From: Octopus bimaculoides
Taxonomy: Eukaryota
Direction of reading: 5' to 3'
Length of the DNA: 64,000 nucleotides
Assembly (NCBI RefSeq): GCF_001194135.2
Contig: NC_068982.1
Span: 113,083,234 to 113,147,233 of the forward strand
Part shown: piece by piece, positions 1 through 10,844 of the stretch
Layout of the letters: each line of letters opens with the position of its first letter
How positions within the stretch are numbered: position 1 is the first letter of the stretch
The notes under the pieces: generated by a model
Database searches by the model: none
Told to the model about the DNA's origin: nothing
The model's input: only the letters and a program-made list of their open reading frames with translations
Translations under genes and position numbers: made by a program

Positions 1-570
1 AGTTTATACTACGAAAATCTCAATAACAATGCTAGGATAATGCTGTTCTTTCTACTGTCAACATTATATGTGGTTCAGATAAAAGGAGAAACCACTATTT
101 TATTTCTACTGATAATATACGTGCTGAAGATTAACTGGAGATTGTACCTAAAGGAAATAAGGTATTTTGTTGCTTGTGTTAGATCTGATTTTGTTTCGTT
201 TTTGTTGTTGTTTTTTTTTTTCTTAATTCTAATATTCAGAAAACCGATAGCGTTAAAGCGGTGGCCATAATACTTCCAGCGACTTATCCGATACGGACTG
301 GATTGCGTGGCACCAAAAGCATATAACAGAATCCCTCTGGGGAATTATACAGCAACTTGAAAAACCAAGCCTATCTTCTATTAAATGCAGTAAGAGACAT
401 TAATACGTATGAATAGGGAAATTATATGAAACACATCTAACACGTTTTTGTAGATCCAATGACAATCTATTGAATATTTCGTTATTTCCAGCTTGGGAAA
501 GAGTATTGTACGCCTGCCGTTTGTTTTTATAAAGACTCGTGTGTTGATATCTTTTATTAATGCACGGCCA

Positions 571-700
571 CATACACACACACACACGCACAGAGACATA
601 TACACACACATACAGACACACACACGCACGCACACATACACACACACGCACACAAGCACACATGTACACACACACACACACATATTCATATGTGTGTGTG
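571..700. repeat. (CA)n-type microsatellite; similar CA/TG/TA/GA/TC tracts occur near 2.5-2.8, 3.9-4.1, 5.8-5.9, 13.3-13.4, 21.9, 28.7, 39.2-39.3, 43.7, 44.8-44.9, 50.2, 56.9-57.0 and 63.9-64.0 kb
   Basis: Direct reading. Confidence 0.95.
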
Positions 701-809
701 AGCGTGGGATATTTGAGTGTTTCTCACAATATTATCAGGAAAGCATTTACAAGCGAGGTATTTACAGCGAGTGCGAAATAAACTAGGTTTACTTCTCTAC
801 AAGCCAATA

Positions 810-2250
810 TTATATATACTGTCCATGCAGAGGCTTCTCGTTCCACCGCTCCTCATTTGGTTTACGTCCGTTCTTCTTTGCAGTCTGTTTGATCCGTTTT
901 GCTTTTCTAATGACAGTGGTTTCAGGTTCTTCATCTAATTCAAGGTTAATGCTAAGTTCTGTTGCGATTTTGCAAGCTTCCTTGACAATAGAATGTGATG
1001 TTTTGCAGCTATCCTGTTTGCACACAAGCCAAAGCATCCAGTCCTCTGTACTAGATAAATACTTGTTTATTGCTATTGTACAGGTCTTATAGCACAGTTC
1101 TACCGGCACCATTCCTCTTACCCCATTACTTCTAGGTAGGTACAGACGATCAACGTCTGCTTTTGGGAAGTGCATGTTCTTAGTTGTTAGTAATTTTCTT
1201 GTCTTCCTGTCCAGGCATTGTAGTTCTGTAAGATTCCAGTTACTTATTATTATTATTTTATGTTTGACTATTGTTTTGCATTTGTGCAAGTTGGATCCAA
1301 GTCTCACCCAGAGACCTCAANNNNNNNNNNTCTTCTTTGCAGTCTGTTTGATCCGTTTTGCTTTTCTAATGACAGTGGTTTCAGGTTCTTCATCTAATTC
1401 AAGGTTAATGCTAAGTTCTGTTGCGATTTTGCAAGCTTCCTTGACAATAGAATGTGATGTTTTGCAGCTATCCTGTTTGCACACAAGCCAAAGCATCCAG
1501 TCCTCTGTACTAGATAAATACTTGTTTATTGCTATTGTACAGGTCTTATAGCACAGTTCTACCGGCACCATTCCTCTTACCCCATTACTTCTAGGTAGGT
1601 ACAGACGATCAACGTCTGCTTTTGGGAAGTGCATGTTCTTAGTTGTTAGTAATTTNNNNNNNNNNNNNNNNNNNNNNNNNNNNNNNNNNNNNNNNNNNNN
1701 NNNNNNNNNNNNNNNNNNNNNNNNNNNNNNNNNNNNNNNNNNNNNNNNNNNNNNNNNNNNNNNNNNNNNNNNNNNNNNNNNNNNNNNNNNNNNNNNNNNN
1801 NNNNNNNNNNNNNNNNNNNNNNNNNNNNNNNNNNNNNNNNNNNNNNNNNNNNNNNNNNNNNNNNNNNNNNNNNNNNNNNNNNNNNNNNNNNNNNNNNNNN
1901 NNNNNNNNNNNNNNNNNNNNNNNNNNNNNNNNNNNNNNNNNNNNNNNNNNNNNNNNNNNNNNNNNNNNNNNNNNNNNNNNNNNNNNNNNNNNNNNNNNNN
2001 NNNNNNNNNNNNNNNNNNNNNNNNNNNNNGTGCAGCTCTATCATGCCTGTTGAGATACTCTGTAGGCGCAAGCAGACTGCACATGGAGACAACATGATCG
2101 ATGGTCTCATTTTGTTGTTGGCATATACGACATAATGGGGAGCTGCCGTTCTTTAATATGTTGGCCTGGTAGTTCTTTGTAGGTAGGCATTGATCTTGGG
2201 CTGCTATGATAAACCCCTCTGTTTCTGATTTCAAGCCAGAGGCCATTAAC

Positions 2251-2251
<1 letters not shown>
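810..2251 (-). mobile_element. R4/Dong-like RLE-type non-LTR retrotransposon fragments (RT thumb region, CCHC knuckle, probable 3' end with AAT tail), split by gaps
   Basis: Minus-strand ORFs read LDRKTRKLLT..HFPKADVDRLYLPRSNG..PLHGQY and LKSETEGFIIAAQDQCLPT..CRICQQQNETIDHVVSMC..RHD (C-x2-C-x8-H-x4-C), typical of R4/Dong-clade RLE LINEs. Pieces abut (AAT)n tracts at 1244-1257 and 2252-2327. Confidence 0.85.
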
Positions 2252-2330
<79 letters not shown>

Positions 2331-2766
2331 TAATTATCATAATCGTCCTCAAATGTGTGTTTGGGAGTTATAGGAAATAACGAGAGAGTCAAATATTCGC
2401 TTAACATAATATGCTCATTGAACATGTTTAATGTACCATCTATAAGACACACATGCACTTACACACGCATAGAAGCTAGCATAAACACGTACAAATACAC
2501 ACATGCTCACACGCACACACACACACACACGCACACACACACACACACACGCATACAAATACACACAAACACACACACGAATACACAAGCATACACATAC
2601 ATGTGTATACACAAATACTCATCTTCGTACGAATGTACGCATATATCAAGAGTATAAATACATTGCTTTGTACAGAGATGCATCGTCATGCATACATTGC
2701 ATGCATAGCAATACAGAGGTATGTATCGCTATGTGTGTGTGTAGGTGTGTGTGTGTGTGTGTGTGT

Positions 2767-2810
<44 letters not shown>

Positions 2811-3724
2811 ATTCCTTCATATACGTATATGATTGTATGCATATATAGCCTGTAGGTTATATTTGCATATATACAATTGCATATGCTGTGAAACGTACTC
2901 ACCACCTTATAGATATCGCTCGTTCAACAACCTTTCATAGTTCGCTCTGTTTCAAATGTAATACTTCTAGCAAGGAACTGTCTCCACAATTGACTGCAAT
3001 AATGTCGCCAACAGCATATTGGGTATCACGCATTACAAAATGTGCACTCAAATAAACATTATCATAGAAATATTTAATTAGATGTAATATTAAATTAAAT
3101 ACGATATGTCCTACGAAATAGAAGACTAGAGTTTTAAATCCTCGTAACAATTTCTCATTAATATTACAGAACAATGTTTTGCTCGACATGAAATCGATAA
3201 AAGTAGAATCATTAAGAATGTAAACGATATTTTCATTGAACATACAGAGATAAAATCACCCGACTTATCAATTGCTGTTACACTTTATGTTCCATTGCTT
3301 AGCGTAATTCTATCAACATCGAATAATTTTCTTTTGAGTTGTTGCATAATCAACTTTATTTTATTAATGTTACCTCTACTACCACGATAATCCACGTCCT
3401 CGCCGTACATTCAGAAGAAGAAAAAAGTTGAGCAGAAGCATAAAAAATATATTAACGCCAAAACAATGTGTTTCTATCACCCTTGACTCATAATATGTTT
3501 CGTTTTCCCCCAAAAGATTGTTTTTTTTAGGGGGGGGTGAGGTTTTGGGGGCTTTTCTTTGTTTCTTATTCCTCTTTCAGCATTTTTACTCGTCTAGCTA
3601 CTGCTATGAAACCTCAGACAATGACAAATAGGAATATTAACAAAGCGTTGCGAGAATCTCCATATATATATATATGGTACGAGGCCGCTCTGAAAGGGGT
3701 CTCAAGGCGTAGCGTCCCTGCTTT

Positions 3725-3925
3725 CCTGAGCTAGTTTCCACCACATTTCTTAAAAATTGTGGTAGAGGCCTTGGTCTCGGTACCATGCATGTCTAGAAAC
3801 TGAGGCTTGGGGTAAGCAAGGGCATGCTCCCCGTAGAAAATCCAGCCCCAAGAAAGCCTCATGATACCAAAGAAGAATGGGCACCAGCCAGGACAAAACC
3901 CGAATTTAAAACGCTGGATGATGAT
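3725..3925 (+). mobile_element. Probable 3' end remnant of an RTE-type LINE/SINE
   Basis: GC-richer tract ending in aaaacgctggatgatgat (GAT-type tail); recognised by resemblance only. Confidence 0.35.
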
Positions 3926-3943
3926 ATATACACATGCGCGCAT

Positions 3944-3989
<46 letters not shown>

Positions 3990-4149
3990 GTACATACATA
4001 CATATATATATATATATAATATATATATTTGTGTGTGTGTTTGTGCGTGTGTGTACATATATACACATATATAATATATATATGCTGTTCTTTGAGATTA
4101 TTTATGTTTTTAAGAGAGATCAAGCCAGTCGCTGACTAAGCGACAAGAC

Positions 4150-5460
4150 ATTTTGAGTTTAGAGAGTTCCTGTGTTTGTAACTATGAGGTTGAATTCGCC
4201 TGTTAGTTGAGCTGTCCACATTCACGTGTGTTTTATGACGCTACTAGATTGGAATTGGCGAATCCAAATCAGTTTCTTTTGTACGTTCTTCAAAAATCCA
4301 AGTCTCTTCAGGCGTTTGTATAAATTTGTAGGAACATAGCTAAATACAGTATGAAGATGGGTATAAATAAGAAACTATAGTCAGTGTAATTCACCATAAA
4401 TGTCTTTTTCTTGTATTTTGTTCCTTGGCCCGCTGAACAACAATATAAGATCCGTTATATTTCCACAGAATTGCTGTTTTTATTGGAGCGTTCTACCAAT
4501 AGTCCTTGTTTTTAAACACATGAATAGATGTTGGTTCTGACATGCCGTTGGTGCATACGTTGGCGCAAACCTTCCTGGATAGCGTTGAAAATATTCTTTG
4601 CAACTATATCATGCCTCGGGGGCAAGTAGTCTCTCGTAGACATTCTGGGGCAGCTGATGATGGTGTGTGGGATATCTTCTGCACTGGTATAGCAGAGCCG
4701 ACATTTCCTATCACAGTTGGATGTGTGGGAGTATCTGTGTCTTATGTTTAGGCATATACTTATAGTTGAGACGTATTGTATCTATTACAGGTCCAGGAGA
4801 GGCTACTCGTCCTGTCAATGCTACTGTTGCCCTCTAGCTTACGAGAAAGGTATATTTGCATTTTGATGGTAGCTTGTTTAGGTAGGTAAATCCAGCCTCC
4901 TTTGGATGTCATGAGACATTCGTATTCTTTGAGTACCTGCACAATAGTTCATCACCAACTCTGAAGATGTTGTTCCTCTCACTTTTCAGTATTCGTGCAA
5001 TGTACTCATTTCTTTCTTAATGGTTCAGCGGATGTTGTTTTAGTGATAAAATGGACATTCAAAGGCTATTGGACTGACATTACGCCTCTACCACCATTAC
5101 TTCGTCTCTCATAGCACCTGTCAGTGTCATTGTTTTAGTGGAAGCTACCAATGGTGGTCGAACCTTTTTAGTTTTGATGTCTAAGCTGCGGATCTCGTCA
5201 AATATCCATTCCAGTATCGCAAATGTTGACACCAGCACTGACACCGCGAAATCATTGTGAAGTATCGTCTTTCTAAATGCAAACTGCTCTGAGTTCCACA
5301 TTTTCTTGACTCTACAGAAGTACTCTTTTGTTATTCTGGCATTAGACTCAGTTCCAGCGTATACCACATTCTCATAAATTCTGCCATTGTGTGTCAAATA
5401 TACACGGCGTTGGTTAACAGAGCGAGCTCTTCTGGTACAAGATAACACAAGACCACATAC
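4150..5460 (-). mobile_element. Older degenerate R4/Dong-like RLE LINE
   Basis: Minus-strand translation gives KEYFCRVKKMWNSE..NDFAVSVLVSTFAILEW..EIRSLDIKTKK and CDRKCRLCYTSAEDIPHTIISCP..YLPPRHDIVAK (CCHC knuckle plus RHD), with many stops and frameshifts. Confidence 0.8.
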
Positions 5461-5519
5461 CGCTCGAACGACCGGGAATAAAATCTAGGAACTTCAGGAA
5501 ATCGAACTGATGGCACATC

Positions 5520-5625
5520 CTAGCTTTCTTGGTTTATTACTTATTCCGATGTATAGCACAAATCCTGTGTTCGCGACGCTTCATCAACCAAAACGAGGTG
5601 GAGGCTTCTGTAAATATCACATATC
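5520..5625 (+). mobile_element. Mariner transposase C-terminal remnant
   Basis: YYLFRCIAQILCSRRFINQNEVEASV resembles the region following the mariner YSPDLAPxDYxLF motif. Confidence 0.5.
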
Positions 5626-5854
5626 TTTGGTCAACGAGAATTGACTTGAAGTTACGCAGCAATTCTACACAATTACCACCATCACCTACACGAACACTAA
5701 TGCACTCGACACTACCACAACTACTAACCAACCATTTGAAAAATAACTTACAACTATAACGATATCAACATGAAAGCAACACTTGTAGGAACATATGTTG
5801 CATGTCAGAACATCTATTTATGTGAGAGAGAGAGAGAGAGGGAGAGAGAGAGAC

Positions 5855-5907
<53 letters not shown>

Positions 5908-5989
5908 AGGGGAAAGACAGTAGAGAATGTAGATTTAAGCCAGAGACACAAGTGAGGAAGTACTTAACTGTTACTCGGTAGCGGAGTTG

Positions 5990-7740
5990 ATTGTTATAAA
6001 AGGCTAACAGATGCAGCAATACAGAAGGCGATGATTAGCTGAGCGAGAGGCAAATGGACCAGTTTGGATGCTTGATGCGAATATGCCAGACTTTTATTCG
6101 GATACCTTTTGGCACATGTCAACTGCAACTGACTGCAGAACGGTAGAATTTCATTTTGTAAATCGACGAGCGGTAAGACTGCTAAATTATGCTTAAGGTT
6201 CGATTGATGGTTAGGGTTGTTGGAGGAGGGGAACCATATTGATAATTTTTGTCCCATAACTCTGCTGAACGCAGAGTTAAAAATTTTGACTGAGATGTTT
6301 GTGAAATAGTTGCTGTTACTAGTCGTTGGTCTGGTCGGTGATGCGCAGATACACATAATCTCAAAGAGATCTATCCATGACAAACTCCACCTCATGCGAT
6401 GCATTAAAAAACAAGCACTTACAGAGACCTGGTTAACTAACATCGATAAAAGATTCCTTCCAATGTATCGACCATCAATACTTATCAGCTCTTGTCACAG
6501 CAGCGGCTTTCGGTCTCATCCTCAGAACCTGGATCGCTGTAATGTACCGCAGCGTCTATTTGGTAGTCAGAGTAAACGACCATGTATCAGAATCATGCCG
6601 TGTTATGCACCCATTTCGTCTCATACCTAGATCCACTAATATGTTGAGAGCTTCCAACGCGAACTAGAAGGCGGAATATCTGTGTTGATATAATCGTAAC
6701 ACTGTCAAATACCAAGCACGTAGAGGCGAGTGGCACCGCTCCTAAGGCATAAAGAGTGGTAAGAAGAGAAAAGTAACTAGAAAAGTTGGTGAGTTTGCAA
6801 TTAGACTTTTGGAAGAGTACGCCAATGACATCTAAATGCGTCTTGTGACGCTGGAGGGATGTACCAGTTATAATTTTGGAGGCCCTAGTTCTCCATGTGG
6901 ATAATAGCTTGCACGCGGCGACGAGTAGGGTGGCGAATCTCACAAAGAAATTGGCTGAAAGAAACATAATCCTTAATAGCTCTACTGAGGTGCCGAACGC
7001 TTATAAGTGCTTCCATAATCTATTACCGTTGGTACGATTCACTTCTGAACAGACTGGAGAATCTCCTCTTTCACTTTTGTAGAAGGGATGCATTCTGCTG
7101 GGTAAACTCTCTATCTGCTGCCAACACCCGTTACGCGGTGGACTTGGAATAGTGTGAAAACGATATGTTAAGGTTACATCTTCAGCGATTCTTTGATGGT
7201 GAGCACGTGAGGGTCACTGTTTTTCAGATATGTTTACCTCAGCTCGGCTCTGACAAAGTTTTAATCCTGTTTCAACGAAAACCGAAACACCGTTATTAAC
7301 ATTTGAAACATCATCAAACACGTAGAGCCTTCTACTACTTATTACGGTGGATGGAAATTCCAAATTGGCTTTTTATAGAGGATTAGTTGTAGGGGTAACC
7401 GAGATGCACCCAGAGTTGACGAAACCGTTCTACACGACCTAGTACAGTGCTCCAGCATTGCTGAATTGTGGGTTTATGTCGAACACTTACTGTCGTGTGT
7501 AGGACAGATCTGGCTATCAACTTAGACCATCGTGAAGATCTCTCGTCGCCTTCATTGGCCAGGAAGGGCAGGAATGTTTCTTTGTTGGCCTTAGCGAAAG
7601 AGGTTGTGTGGTGGACCAGGTCCTCTTTGGTCAAGTTTGAAAGTTTAAAAAGTGAAGTGAGGCTAGAGAGGGAAGTGCTGTCTCTCAGCAATTTTGTTAA
7701 AAGGCGACGAATGTTGCGCGAATGGCTCTAACCATGCGCC
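5990..7740 (+). mobile_element. Degenerate APE-type LINE remnants (probably more than one element: RTE-like endonuclease part plus L1/Tx1-like C-terminal part)
   Basis: ALTETWL and CYAP endonuclease-like motifs at about 6.4-6.6 kb; ETVLHDLVQCSSIAELWVYVEHLL (zinc-knuckle-associated tail) at about 7.42-7.5 kb; heavily disrupted. Confidence 0.55.
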
Positions 7741-7976
7741 TCTAAATCGAGGNNNNNNNNNNNNNNNNNNNNNNNNNNNNNNNNNNNNNNNNNNNNNNNN
7801 NNNNNNNNNNNNNNNNNNNNNNNNNNNNNNNNNNNNNNNNNNNNNNNNNNNNNNNNNNNNNNNNNNNNNNNNNNNNNNNNNNNNNNNNNNNNNNNNNNNN
7901 NNNNNNNNNNNNNNNNNNNNNNNNNNNNNNNNNNNNNNNNNNNNNNNNNNNNNNNNNNNNNNNNNNNNNNNNNNNN

Positions 7977-8119
<143 letters not shown>

Positions 8120-8424
8120 AGAAAATTGTGGCCGTTATTGCTATATGAGGGACGAATTGTTTATTGTTAATTGTGTAGCCTAAGGAGCAACTAGGTAAAG
8201 AGGTGTGTAGTTTCTACCTTTTTTGAATAAATACTTTTGGGAGAAAAAATAATATGGTTATCATCTCTAAATAAAATAAAAGACTTGGATTAACACAAAA
8301 TAAAACAATTTTAAATGACTGGACAAGGAGGAGAGGAAAGTTGGTGGGAACAATAAAAAAAAAACGTGAAATAAATCTGTCTCAGCAGCTATAGCTACAA
8401 ACAAATACAGTAATCATTGCTGCT

Positions 8425-8475
8425 GCCTTAGCAACCAAGAAATTGACGTCACAGCCAAAGCCTGTACGTCACAGC
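8425..8475. promoter_or_regulatory. Candidate cis-regulatory cluster: full CRE plus CRE half-site plus X-box-like motif
   Basis: TGACGTCA at 8444-8451, TACGTCA at 8465-8471, gctgccttagcaac (RFX-like) just upstream. Motif match only. Confidence 0.2.
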
Positions 8476-8504
8476 AAAAAACAAGGATTTGTTGTTAATG
8501 TCAG

Positions 8505-8621
8505 AATCTGCAGCAGCAACAGCAACAAGAACAGCAATAAAATAGCCCTCCTCTTCTTCTTCCTCCTCCTTTGCATCATCATCATCATTATCATCATCAT
8601 CATCATCACCACCATCACCAT

Positions 8622-8652
<31 letters not shown>

Positions 8653-8719
8653 AGCAGCAGTATCACCACCACCACTACCACCACCACAATCACCGTCACT
8701 GTCGTCGTCGTAACCGTCG

Positions 8720-8779
<60 letters not shown>

Positions 8780-8820
8780 CCAACACTATCATCATCAATA
8801 ATAACAACGATAGCCAAAAA
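8505..8820. repeat. Compound trinucleotide microsatellite (CAG/CAT/CAC/CGT)n
   Basis: Direct reading; source of the poly-H/poly-D/poly-M pseudo-ORFs. Confidence 0.95.
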
Positions 8821-10249
8821 GTGGCCATAATTAATTAAACTGCAAAGATATCACATTTGACGATGTTGCCACTCAGTTGACCCTTTCTTTGTTTGAAATA
8901 CGTGTGCCCTAGAGTTATTTTACTTCCAAGATCAAAACCCTGAAAGTGGGCAAAACCCCGAAAATGATCAAAACCCAAAAGAGATATAATACAAATACAC
9001 ATATCTATACTTATTTTACATATCGAGTGGTTTGCAGTTATGTAGAAGCACCCCAAATTCAGTGAGTGTATATACGTGCATTTATATATATATATTTTTG
9101 CATGTATATGTGTAAAATACGTTCACGTATATTACGAAATCAGTTTCGGTATCGGTGTGAGACTCAGCCTACGTATGTATTTACTCATTTATACATAGAT
9201 TTATGCGTCGTTCTTGGCAGTTTTCCAAAAAAATAATTGATGTATTTTGCCAAATTCAGATATAATATTTCATGCCAGCTTTTGTTCCTCAACATGAACT
9301 GAATTGTGAGAAAAATACAGAGAGAAATAACTCTGTAATGAAAATCTTTATATTGCTCCCCACATTAAATAACATATCTTACATTACATATCTTTTTTTT
9401 TAACCTCTCAATAATATAATTTCACTTGTAATACAATTACAAGCAATAACATGTCTATATAAAATTTTAAATTAACCACAATTATGATGTAAAAGCAAAT
9501 AATGCATTCAATAACCTTAGTAATTTGTCATATCTATTCATTCAGTTTTACAATACAGTATAAAAACCAGATCAACAATAGCTTCAAGCAAGCCACTTTA
9601 GTTATATGTGCTGGAGAAATATAAGTGAACAGCATTCAAAGACAAATTTTCAATAAATGAAAGAAGAATTGTTTCAGTTAGTCATGGCATGTTGGCTTAA
9701 TGGCTATGTTTTATTTTGAGTTAGGATCTCCCAATTTTCTTTTTAGCTTATCCGTCTGATATACAATTAGATCGTTTATCACGGTAAATTTTTGAATGAT
9801 TGAAGAAGCACATTATGTAAAATTGGTTTGACGTTTAAGGTTAATAATTTATACATCACTGCCCCCACTATAAACTGGCATGCTTGCCGATGTCCACTTT
9901 ACACACAGTTTGATGTTTCTGTAACAGTGGTTGTGTTTGCGCATAGTTAAACATATAAACCCATCGCACCAACAAAGTAAACATCTGTTTCAGGAAATAA
10001 AAACAAGATCAGACTTGTTGAATCGTCACCACCATTTATATTGAAGTAAGTCTACCACTGAACTCCTTTTTTTTTTTTTTTGGCGGCTATTAAAATAAAT
10101 TTTGGAACATTCAGAACTACATTAGATTTCGGTGATATATAATGTGCCACCATATTGTAGATTCCCTATATTATTCTGATAATTAATGCAATATACACCT
10201 ATAGTTCAACCAGCTTGATAGCCTCGTTATTCATACATTAACAAGAACC

Positions 10250-10600
10250 TTTCTCTTAACACTTAAGCCATTGCACATAGTAATCAGTTCCACAAACCCT
10301 TAAACGATTTATATAATTAACTTTAGCCGATTTGTTTGGACGCGATATATTCATTCAAATTTACCTCTCTGTCAATTTGAAGGGATTAGAAGCCAGAGTT
10401 TTTTAAATCTCCTCAGAAATAGATAATCTTTGTGATAGAACGTCTGATGCAACAATCTATAAAACATTTTCTTTCTGTTCCATAGTCACTCTGTCTCCAT
10501 ACGTTAAAATCTTTCACCAACAAAGTAATTTTGTCTGTTCAGCCGAGCGACATTTTTCTTACTCTTTTAAGCATTTCGATTCTTTGATTCCGAACCATCT
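10250..10600 (-). mobile_element. Very old RTE-like LINE 3' remnant
   Basis: Weak, stop-riddled similarity to the RTE RT C-terminus (..GDLKNSG..). Confidence 0.3.
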
Positions 10601-10844
10601 CTCCTATTGGTATTTAACATACTTTTTCTATTACAGACAACTTTACTTATCATGAGGCATTCACAGCAAAAGTCAAAAAGAATCATGGCATATCCTTTCT
10701 TTTGCTCTGACATGGCTATGTTGTTAAGAAGTTTGCCAGGGTTTTTGCGTGCTAAAGATGTGAGAGAAGGGAACAGAGATAGGATAGGGAGTAATTTTAA
10801 AATCGTGTACAGTCGAGAACATGTATATATGTGTATGTGTGTAC

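Noticed and set aside
872-1655. Apparent 325-bp tandem duplication (872-1196 vs 1331-1655)
   Set aside because: Identical by eye and bounded by N gaps: most likely a contig-overlap or haplotype assembly artefact.
8443-8838. Poly-His/poly-Asp/poly-Met/poly-Ile ORFs
   Set aside because: They are translations of a compound trinucleotide microsatellite; the same applies to the CV/HT-rich ORFs over CA/TG tracts throughout the window.
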